Shown here piece by piece: positions 11,202 to 20,000 of a stretch of 20,000 bases of DNA; positions within the stretch are counted from its first letter, which is position 1; every line of letters begins with the position of its first letter. The position numbers were made by a program, and so were the translations under genes. Below the pieces are notes generated by a model, which had not been told where the DNA came from, did no database searches, and saw only the letters and a program-made list of their open reading frames with translations. The stretch comes from Moniliella sp. 'wahieum' (taxonomy: Eukaryota): assembly GCA_003971905.1 (NCBI GenBank), contig RSEE01000166.1, positions 57,229-77,228 of the forward strand. The letters run 5' to 3'.

Positions 11202-11549
11202 TGCAGACGCAGACGCAGACGAGCGACGGAGCGTGACGTGGGTGACAAAGTCGCGCAGGACCACCAGAGAGAGGACGTGGGCCGAGACGGGGTAGGCGTG
11301 CGCGGGCGAGATGGTGGGCAGGACGGCGAGCAGCATGCCGAGCGACTGGAACAGGACAAAGGGTCGTGCGAGTGGGCGAGGAAGAAGCATGCATAGTCGA
11401 CGGCGTGCTCGGCCTGGCGCACGGCGAGAAAGACGCGCTCGCCGCGGGCACGGACAGGGGGTCGGGGTTGGCAAAGTCGCGCGCGGCGGCCTCGACGGCG
11501 GCCGCGCCTCGTCGAGGGCAGGAGACCGGGGCACGAGGACGCCATCCAT
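7263..11549 (-). CDS. XPO4: Exportin-4-like importin-beta family HEAT-repeat protein; introns 10650-10732 and 8690-8751; many apparent frameshifts
   Basis: Stitched N-terminus AVEAAARDFANPDP.VRARGERVFLAVRQAEHAVDYACFFLAHSHDP.VLFQSL..WPAYVQRRAFQAIAAIGKK resembles the Xpo4 N-terminal HEAT repeats. EQLNWLLLIAGHVLAD resembles the Xpo4 mid-region (WL.LI.GH.LAD). Leu-rich helical ORF fragments tile 4.3 kb. C-terminus GFVQAVRPAVDRARAKVLVR* ends at TGA 7265-7263. Both introns are GT..CAG. Confidence 0.75.
11169..11221. repeat. (AGACGC)~9 hexamer microsatellite encoding a poly(Ser-Ala) insert in the exportin-like protein
   Basis: Tandem hexamer seen directly. The minus frame reads [21 protein letters not shown]. 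Confidence 0.85.
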
Positions 11550-11870
11550 GCTTCCCAGGCGGTAGAGAAGGGGAGCGCGCCGTGCCGAGGCGCATCGCCG
11601 CCGCCGTGAGCCGCGAGGAGGGCGGGGGTTACGTCAGCGCGGCGGCTCGGGGCGGCTGGGGGCGGCTGGGGCTGTAGGCTGAAATGTTAATTTGCGGCTG
11701 ACCAAATCCACCGCCTTTCACCAGCCGTGGCTGTGCGGCCGACGAGCACACCGCGAGCACCTCGCGCTCGGACTATGTACTACGCACGCACGCACTGTAC
11801 AACCAACGTATGCACACGTGTAACCCCCCACGCTGGCTCCCCCCATGACGCACACACGCCTGTCCACGCG

Positions 11871-11938
11871 CAGCAACTCAGCCTCAGCACTCAGCTCAGC
11901 CCAGCTCAGCTCAACTCAGCTCAACTCAGCACTCGGCA
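11871..11938. repeat. Degenerate pentamer microsatellite (CTCAG/CTCAA) upstream of the exportin-like gene
   Basis: Sequence reads caactcagcctcagcactcagctcagcccagctcagctcaactcagctcaactcagcactcggc. Confidence 0.8.
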
Positions 11939-12273
11939 CAGCCGTGCCGAGCGGCGTGGATCAGATCATGTGGAAACAAAACCCGTAGCAATGACCGCGC
12001 CCGCACACAGCAGGCAGCGCGGGAAGCAAGCAACGCGGGACGCTGGCACATTCGACATGAGAATGAGATACAACAGAGTCCATGTGGATGGGGGTGGGGC
12101 GGCATCACAACTCAGTCCGAGTGCTCAAGTCAACTCAGCACTCAGGCCACTCAGGCCACTCCGGATCAATGGCAATAGCAAGATTCAACACTCAGTCTGA
12201 GTACTCAAGATCCGCGCGACGCGCAATCCAAGCGAGCATGGGCGTCTCGCGCCGCTCGCGCTGCCGCTGCCGC

Positions 12274-14649
12274 TCACGCATCCGGCGGGTCGAGACTCAT
12301 GTCCGCTCGCCCCGTGCCAGCATCGTGGTCGACGCGTGACATGGACAGGCTGCCGCCGCTGCGGGAGGCGATGGACGAGGCGAGGCCGTTGGAGCCGCGG
12401 CGAGAGCGTGCGCTGAGCGAGGCGCCCATCCAGTCGTCGCCGCGTCCCGAGTAGGAGAAGCCAGAGAACTGATGCTGGATCGAGGAGGAGAGAACCTCGT
12501 CGTCTCCGGTTGCGGTGCGTGGCCCGAGCCCAGCTGCGCATCGTCCGCCAAGCCCACGCCGCCATTCTTTTCGCCCCGCACGACGCTCCGCAGGTCCGTC
12601 TCGGTAAACTCGGGGTCAAAGTTGGCCACCGACTCTTCCGACTCGACCAACGGCTTGAACGGAGCGGGATCTTTTTGCTCGCCAACAAATCCCAGTCGAT
12701 CGTCTTGAAGAAAGGATGTTCCAAGTCTTGCGCGTCGTGCGAGGCTCCAAGACGGTGCTGGGGTTACGGTTGAGCAGGCCCTTGACAAACTGCTTGCCAT
12801 CGTCCCCAATCGCGCCCCGTGGGAACTTGATTTTGCCAAAGCAAATGTTGCGGTACATTTGTTGCGTGTCTTCGGCATAGAAGGGAGACCAGCCGCAGCA
12901 CATTTCAAACAGAAGTCTTATCAACCCAATCCAAGTCAGTTCCCGTCATGATTCTCTCATCCAAAAAAATAGATAGATAGGTTGACTTACACGCCCAGAC
13001 TCCAAAAGTCGACCAGCTTGGAGTAGCCCGACTCGTCGAGCAGTACCTCCGGCGCAAGGTACTCGGTTGTGCCGCAGAACGTGGAAGTGAGCTGGCCATT
13101 GCCCAGGTCGGGCTTGGACAGCCCAAAGTCGCAAAGCGCAACGTGTCCCATGGCGTCGAGAAGAATATTCTCGGGCTTCAGGTCGCGGTAAACAATGTTA
13201 AACTTGTGCAAATGTTCGAGGGCGAGCACCAGCTCAGCAATGTAGAACTTGGCCCGTTCTTCCGTAAAGCGGCCCTCACGTTGCAGGTGCCAGAACAGCT
13301 CCCCTCCCGACTTGTAGTCCGTCACAAAAAACAGTTCCGTCTCCGACTGGAACGAGAACTTGAGTCCGACGAGGAAAGGACAGTCGAGCGACTTTTCAAG
13401 AATCTTGCGTTCGCCCATCGTGTGCACCACCTCTTTCTTCAGGGCAATCTCGCGCTTGTTGAGCACCTTCATCGCGTAGATACGACGCTGTCCTTCTTGC
13501 GCACTTGGAACACGCGCCCAAACGTGCCACGCCCAATGAGCTTCATGTACTCGAAATCACGCGGGGTGAGTTTGCGCTGGGGACGACGCTCGTACCAAAG
13601 CTTGACAAGAATCTCCCCTCGCGTGGAGCTGGGACCTTCAACAGGGATCGAGGCCCCAGCGGGGGAAAATTCACGGCCGATCAGGGGTACCATTGCTCGC
13701 TCGGGGAATGTTCGCGGAGAACGGGGTAATGTCGCGCATGCCCAAAAAGCCCTCGTCCTCAGCTTGGCGATCATAGACCGAGATGAACACTTTGGGACCT
13801 TCGTAGGTCACATCAAACGTCACCTTGTCCTCCCACACGGGTCAAAGCCCTGGTCGGTCTGGTCCAGCACCATTCGCTCCTCGTCTGCCCACGAGGGTGG
13901 AGCAAGAGGCGCATGGCCAGGAGCATTGATTGGCTCCCTTCCAACAAACTCATTCTTGTCAAAGCTCACACTGCATAGGGACGACTGTCGGGGCCGGTGC
14001 CCGGCAAGTGCGTGCGCCGAGGATGGTCACCGTCAGTTGGCCCTTGGGTGCAGACGTGCTCCGTGTCTTGCCCGACGCAGCAGGGGGAGCAACGCCAACG
14101 CCGAGACCGACACCGACGTCGACCGCTGGGGGGACGCCTGCTGGAGACGGGGGGGTGGGGGAAGCGGTAGGACCAGACAAGAGCGAGGGGCCAGTGGCCG
14201 AGGGGGTGGGAGGGGGGCGGGACCCGAGGGAGCCAGGTCAGCCTCCTTGGAGCGCTGGGGCATGAGGATGTCGAATTCGGGCGGGGCAGTGCTGAGGGAG
14301 GTGGTGGGCACGGTGGCCTGGGTTGCGACACCGCCGGGGGTGCGGAGGCCCGAGGGCATGAGGCCGTTGGGCACGATGCGGGTCGAGAGGGTGCTGGAAG
14401 GACGGGAGGAAGCGGCAGAGGGGGGGTGGACATGGGGGGTGGCGGCGCCGCTGCTGTGGCGGGAGGAGCTGGGCGAGGGGCTCTGGCCGGTGGCGGCAGC
14501 GGCGACAGCAGCGGCGCGGCGGGCTGGCGGGGGGTGGCGGCGGCGGCGGATGCGTCGAAGGGGTTGCGCTGCTCGTTGATGGCGGAGGCACGCGGCGTCA
14601 TCTGGTCGCTGGGGCCGGAGGGCCAGAAGCCCTTGAGCATGCTGGCCAT
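12274..14649 (-). CDS. SCH9: Sch9 AGC-family Ser/Thr protein kinase (disordered N-terminus, C2-like domain, kinase domain, AGC C-tail); intron 12917-12990
   Basis: Motifs DFEYMKLIGRGTFGRVFQVRKKD, YAMKVL, DYKSGGELFWHLQREGRF, YRDLKPENILLD, CDFGLSK, TFCGTTEYLAPEVLLDESGY, FEMCCGWSPFYAEDTQQMYRNICFGKIKFP, PFKPLVESEESVANFDPEFT. The hydrophobic motif IQHQFSGFSY lies in a third frame ending DPPDA* at 12274. C2-like KGQLTVTILGAR..DKNEFVGREP is upstream. ATG at 14649. Several frameshifts. Confidence 0.95.
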
Positions 14650-15210
14650 CGCGGGGGGGGGGAGGGGGAAGAGGGAAGATGGAGATGGGGAGCGAGAAGG
14701 CGACGGAGGCGATCGAGCCGCCAGGGCCACCGACAGCCACCGCATCCAATTAAGCCGCCGCGTTTTTTCGTCGGCGGGGACACTGCTCCCCTGGCGCCCC
14801 GCCCAGGTTTCCGGAACGAAAGGGCCCGAGGAGGGCCACTGCCCCCGCGCCCCGCCGCGGGCCTTGTCCCAGCGCAGCCCATTCCGCCGCCCACCGCCCG
14901 TTCCGCCCGGCTGCTGGCCTGCGCTGGCCTGCTACCGCTGCTGCGGCCCGCCAGGCCCCCACCCCCGTCGCCGCGCTCCCCAATAGCATACTCGTGCTCC
15001 TGTCACTTGGTTGAGTGCCTCCCGTTGCCGCCACGTCTCAGGCCGAACGACAAGACGGAAAAGAGGCGCCTGCTGCCCTTCTCACCATGCCCGTCTGCTC
15101 GTGCACTTTGCCCCACCCAACGAGGAAACGAGATTGTACATAGATCCGATTCGAGAGCTACTACGTTACACACACCCTCCGAATTGCGCCCAGTGGGTGC
15201 TTGGCCAGAC

Positions 15211-16434
15211 TTAATCCGTCGACGTCTGTGGTAGAGGCAGTAGCACTCCCGCAGTCGCAGTAGCGTCTTCCGTGGCGGCGGGCACGTCGTCGCCCGCCGC
15301 TGGCGTGTGCTGCTCAACCCCTTGGCATCGGGGGCGGAAGAGGGCACCGCTAGATCCACTGCCGCGTCGTTGGGGCTGGCTTCCGTCCCAGTTGAATCGG
15401 GGGGCGCCGAAGTCTCCGCATCGGGGGGCGCGAAGTCTCCGCATCAGGGGGCGCCGAAGTCTCCGCATCGGGGGCGCCGAAGTCTCCGCATCGGGGGGGC
15501 GCCGAAGTCTCCGCATCGGGGGGCGCCCAAGTCTCCGCATCGGGTGCCGCCGGAACGAGGGATCTGGGTGAGCCGCTTGCGGCGCTTCGGACTGTGACGC
15601 GCTACGCTTGGGCGAACTAGGCTCAGCAGCGGGGGCGGGCGTTGCACCCGACGCCGGCGCACCGTCTTCCGTTGTGAGGGCTTGGGTGGCACCAGCTCAG
15701 GCGCATCAAGCTTCGATGGCTCGGGATCGGAACTACCTGGCACGGGCAAATGGATTTGGGCGTAGTCTTGCGCGCGCGGGTACTGCTGCTCGCAATCGAC
15801 ATCGGCATCCGGCGCGGTGGATCCCGGTGGCGCATCGACCATTTCAACGTCTTGGCTGCCACTAGGGTCCACGTGGGTTCTTCCACCTTGGTTCTTCGGT
15901 CCAGAGGAAGGGCCATTGAGAGAGTCAACGTCCATGGCGTCGGCCTCGGCAGCGGAGCCGGATGCCTGAGCTTGAGCCAGGCTGGAACTGGGGTACCTTC
16001 CTCGGGAGTGTCCAGAACCAAGGCCGGGGGTGACGGCAGCCGTGGGGGTGTAGTGGTGGAGGGAGGTATTGAGATCGGTTGAAGTGGCTTGGGTGGGCAC
16101 AGCTGTAGGGCGGGACAAGGCGTCGGTCCCTCGGCAACGGCCAAGGTAGGACCCGAGGCCGGAAGGTCGCCGTCCGGAACCTCCTCGGTCCCCAATTCAA
16201 ACGTCAGGGTTTTTTCGGTGGTGCTGATCCACCGCAGCACGCGCATCGCCGCCCCTGGAGCGGCAGGGACCCATTCTTGTCGCCCATACCCTGGTCGGGG
16301 TCAGTACCCCAGCAGCAGAGCGACTCGTGTGGCGGGAAGGGAGGGAGGGGGACGACGCACCGCACGGGCTCCTTGGCGAGGCGGTTGAGTTCGGCTTCTG
16401 CAGAGGGCGCATGGCGACCCCAGCGACCTGACAT
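15211..16434 (-). CDS. BCL7/Rtt102-like protein: conserved short N-terminal domain plus long acidic disordered tail; intron 16291-16360
   Basis: Exon 1 MSGRWGRHAPSAEAELNRLAKEPVR, then intron GTGCGT..ACTGAC..CAG, then (dropping one G of the GGG at 16283-16285) VWRQEWVPAAPGAAMRVLRWISTTEKTLTFE. This matches the BCL7 N-terminal pattern VRKWEKKWV...LRIFKWV. The tail contains DAMDVD, DVEMVD and DAETSAPP repeats and ends LPLPQTSTD*. Confidence 0.68.
15396..15544 (-). repeat. Six-copy 24-bp minisatellite (GATGCGGAGACTTCGGCGCCCCCC) encoding DAETSAPP
   Basis: Core AGTCTCCGCATC at 15411, 15434, 15458, 15481, 15506 and 15530, head-to-tail with no spacers. Confidence 0.95.
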
Positions 16435-16848
16435 GACGAAACCGAAGGGGGCGAGGGGAGCGAGGGGGGGGGGGGAGAGGGGCTGCCAAACACGTCGCGT
16501 CGCCAGCCAGCCTCGGCCGGGACTGTCCTCCAGCCGCCAAGAAACCGGGGCGGAACTGCCGCACGGCTGGCACATGGCACGCAGCCACCAGCGGAATTTG
16601 CCTGTCCACGCCTATTTTTCTACCGACTTGCGGCAGGGCAGTGTTATGCGGGTTACCGGTTATATCATGCCAGCCCGCCTGTCGCGGTCTCCCATGGCCG
16701 CGTGGATCCTGGTGAGCGCTGGCAGTGACTACCAGCAAGAGCGTAGCAAGAGCGGGTGAGGATACTAGAGTACATGGAATAAGAAGGCCGGTGGGCCGAG
16801 GAACTTGTGCTTGTACGCTTGGCGAGGCCCCAGGCTCAGGCCTCTTTT

Positions 16849-17515
16849 TCAAGCCAGCGAGGGGGCGGCGGCATCGTCACCCATCTCGACCTCGCCGCAG
16901 AATCCGCGGGCTGATTGGGCTCGGCAGCTTCCGCTGGAGCACCAAAGCCTTGTGGTTTCCCACCTGGACCGACTTGGCAAGATGCGGTGTTTTGCGCGAG
17001 ACACGGATAAAGTCGTACAGGGGCAGCATTTGCGAATCCCGTTCCACTCGCGCAACAGCGCAACGTTCACAGGGTTGCGCAGGTCGGGCACATCCATCCC
17101 AGTCTCGTACTCCTCCTCCTCTTTCCTCGTCACCTCTTGAAGAGCAACCTCCTTGGCCGAGGGCGGGCGACCGGCACGACGAGCCTTGCGTTCCTGTGCC
17201 AACAACGATCGGTTGATCGACAGGTAATCGTCTGCAATCAGTGCGTGCAAGCCAGGGAGATCGACATTCCATCTCGGGATCCAAAAGACCAACAATCGTC
17301 AGGATCCGCTCGCCCGCTTCTGCGTTGATTTCGATCGTCCCAGCCCTCTGTGCCAGAAGGGCTTCCCGGTGCAACCCGCGCCAGGGCAGCCCGGCGCGAG
17401 TTGGGATGGGTGGCCGTGTCCTTGCGCTTGATCGTCTTGGCAGTCAACTGTGACTCGCAGTGTTAGACCGAGCATAAGTGCAAGGCCGAGAGGACACGTA
17501 CCTTTTTGCCGCCAT
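16849..17515 (-). CDS. TMA16: Translation machinery-associated protein 16 (late 60S biogenesis factor); intron 17448-17501
   Basis: MAAK(K)/LTAKTIKRKDTATHPNSRRA, RRAGRPPSAKEVALQEVTRKEEEEYETGMDVPDLRNPVNVALLREWNG and LPLYDFIRVS match Tma16 motifs (HPNSR, GRPPS, EY.TG..VPDL, W.G). Intron GTACGT..CTAAC..CAG. Several frameshifts. Confidence 0.9.
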
Positions 17516-17719
17516 CGTCAAGCTGGAACAGTTGTCGAGGGGGAGAGAGGAGGAGAGACGGTGAAAAGGGTTAAAGCTGTAAGAGCTGGCGAAGAGAAAA
17601 AAGTAAACAACAGCATTCCGCTGCGGAAACTTTCATGTTTACCGCCACCTGCCATGCTTTGACGGGAACACGTACGCTTACGGCACTCATCCATCACTCC
17701 TATCTCTCATCCGTCTCTC

Positions 17720-20000
17720 TCCGCCACTGCTGTCACAAGACGGACTGTTTTGTGTTGCTGTTTGTTTGGCACCATACAGGGAGAAGCCCAGAAATACATA
17801 ATTTTCTACGATACCGGGTTGTGGCACAATCTGTTCATGTATCGATGCGAACGCTTGCCACGGGGCAACATCACTTTGGCCAGATACAGGCCATCTTGCG
17901 CCCCCGCAGGTGTGGTGTGGTGCCGAGACAATTAATGACGTGAATGTACAACACGGCTAATTTTGCTGCTGTAGTGTAAGGCACTCCTCAGCCGGTCTCT
18001 CAGCAACGTTCAACTCAATTCTCAGATAGCATTGCCATCTGTGCCTCTTCGTCTCCAAAAATGGGCACATAGTGGACACACATATCCTGCCCCACCCCAA
18101 TTGCATCGCCGGTAATGGGGGTATGGAGTGGCCAATCGGAACATCAAAACAGTAAGGCTGAGAGGGCAGCGCATCCGCACCTTTTTGCTTGTTTTTGTCC
18201 GCGATCAGTGCATTCTTGCCACCTCCTCTAGTAGTGTGGATGGGTGCCGCCCTGTTGGGAACTACCATCGCAGCACCATCTCCTTTTATCTGTAGCAATG
18301 TGGGATACGCCCTCCCTCTCTTTGGTCCCCATCCGTTCGCACACACGAAACCGCCTCTCAATCTCCCAAGGGAAACGCGCATCCTCTCTGGTACATACAC
18401 ACCAGCCTCATTCCCTCTCACCACCATCACCACCACCCGCCCGCCTCTGTGTTCACCACGTCATGGCTGGTGTCCAGCCCATTCATTCTCTACCGCCGCG
18501 CTCCTTGGCACTGCGTCTTGCTCTGGCTCGCCTTTGGCTTTTAATCCTGCTCATCTTGGTCGGCGGTGTGTCGATGGCGCAGATAGCCGCGACTGCAACA
18601 GAAAAGATGGTCGTGGTGGCTGCACCCATCACTTTGAATCTCTTACTGTTTGCTCCTCTCCGCGTTGTATCATGACTCGTACTCAAGTTTGACCCTCGTA
18701 TAGGGCTTTTCCACTCTAGTCCAGCATCTTACTGTACCAATCTTGAAGGTGGACCTACGCTTCAACGTTGTTCATATGAGAGGGGCCCCATTTCTCCTCT
18801 CCAGAACTTACTACCCGTATCGCACGATGGATATACGGCATCGGCTTGTCATCTGGTGAGCAGCTAAGGATGTCGGTAACCCTAGAGACGTTTTCTTTCT
18901 CGATCCCAAAAACTATGCCCCACATATGACCAACTTTTCCATAGCATCAATGACGCCGAGATCCTCTTTCCCCTGTTCCTCTGTACATCTCTTTTACCCG
19001 CTGCTCACCAACACCTGGAACGCATGCGACATCACACCCGGTGCATGCTCAACCTTTTTTCCCAGCTGCCCATCTTGTTTACCGACACTATCTTTATTCG
19101 ACATTGCCTTTTGCATGCTTATTGGACTATTTTTCGAACTCGCAATTTCTTCCCGTGACATGTTGGAGTAAAGAACAGAGGCTTTGGTAGTAGCGACATA
19201 TCTGCGTAGAAGCCGATCGATCTCTAGCGATCTCCTTGCACTTGAAACCATACTCAGATGGATGTTGGTATTGTCGCCTTTTTATACGAGGCGTCGTTCC
19301 TCGCTTACATCACTCGATCGGCTACACTGCCTTGCCCCGATCATAGGCCCGCCTGGGGCGCGCTTCTAAAAACCTGGAACCATGGCTTCATCTCGTCCAC
19401 ATCTCAAAGCTGCGGTGCGCCGACGACGAAGCTATGACCGTGGAATTGCTCGCCAGACGGCACCGCAGTCGTACAACCTGGGCTCGTAACGGGTGGCCAA
19501 ACTGTACTAAGGTCTTATATTCGGCTCAGCCGTCACGGTTAAACGGGGCTCACGGAGGGCGAATGGCGAACGAAATGGTGAAGTGAGTGCGCATTGGTAC
19601 AGGATGCAAGCATGCAGTCGTTCAGGTGCGTCGACGGACATACAATGGGGACATTTGACGTGGATCAATCAACTCTGTTGGGGCGAGGTAGCGAAAAACG
19701 TGCCCGTAGTAGCAAACCTTTATAAGCCCCGATGGCCGTGGTGGTATAGGAAAGGGGTAGGAAAGGCTGGCGCTAAATCAGCCAGTGATATAGTAGTTCC
19801 ATCTACTGTTCATCGATGCTTGTGGCAAGCACGATCGCTGCGAACCTGGAGAGCAGACCGTGCCCTTTGATATCTTCTTCATTCTAACTCGCCTATGAGA
19901 AGAGTGACGGTGATAGTATCTCGGAAACGGACCATGAAGAGGCCGGCCAAACTCACCCCAGTGGCATAGAGTCGAGGGCAAGAAAGGCATCCTCTGTACG
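17720..20000. other. Lower-GC segment without a recognisable gene; possibly a decayed transposable element or long intergenic region
   Basis: Composition changes after the TMA16 promoter (line 19081-19140 is 22/60 G+C). Only short ORFs with no recognisable motifs are present. Confidence 0.35.

Noticed and set aside
12297..12500. Apparent absence of the AGC hydrophobic motif in the SCH9 ORF fragments
   Set aside because: The motif (QFSGFSY) is present in a third frame not listed in the track, so this is a frameshift artefact.
13143..14579. 478-aa plus-strand ORF, the longest in the track
   Set aside because: It is the antisense shadow of SCH9. High GC suppresses stop codons and no motifs are recognisable.
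15396..15544. CRISPR-like array of ~24-bp repeats
   Set aside because: Units are head-to-tail with no unique spacers, no cas genes are present, the context is eukaryotic, and the unit encodes an 8-aa repeat.
469..17515. Functional gene cluster (SCH9, TMA16, exportin and tRNA as a growth/translation module) or programmed frameshifting
   Set aside because: These are unrelated housekeeping genes in mixed orientation, and adjacency is expected in a compact fungal genome. The indels go in both directions and lack a shared slippery signal.
18244..18692. Hydrophobic ORFs resembling a membrane protein (LALRLALARLWLLILLILVGG)
   Set aside because: Likely a product of CT-rich composition. No family motif or convincing gene structure was found.

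Overview
This is GC-rich eukaryotic DNA, not prokaryotic. Short GT-AG introns with CTRAC branch points, an intron-containing tRNA and fungal-type orthologues point to a basidiomycete, probably a smut-lineage fungus (inference). Genes in order: tRNA-Leu(AAG), an LDAH-family lipid-droplet hydrolase (+), an orphan possibly secreted protein (-), MIA40 (+), a small conserved protein of unknown function (-), an exportin-4-like karyopherin (-), SCH9 AGC kinase (-), a BCL7/Rtt102-like protein carrying a DAETSAPP coding minisatellite (-), and TMA16 (-). The last ~2.3 kb is lower in GC and has no recognisable gene. Almost every gene is interrupted by 1-nt indels, those I located being in homopolymer runs, which most likely reflects an unpolished assembly, so the ORF track fragments the real genes and all models were stitched by hand across frames. 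Family assignments come from remembered motifs, not database searches. I see no convincing novel multi-gene system. The best leads are the BCL7-like gene hidden from the ORF track, the fungal Xpo4-like gene, the small conserved unknown protein and the orphan next to MIA40.
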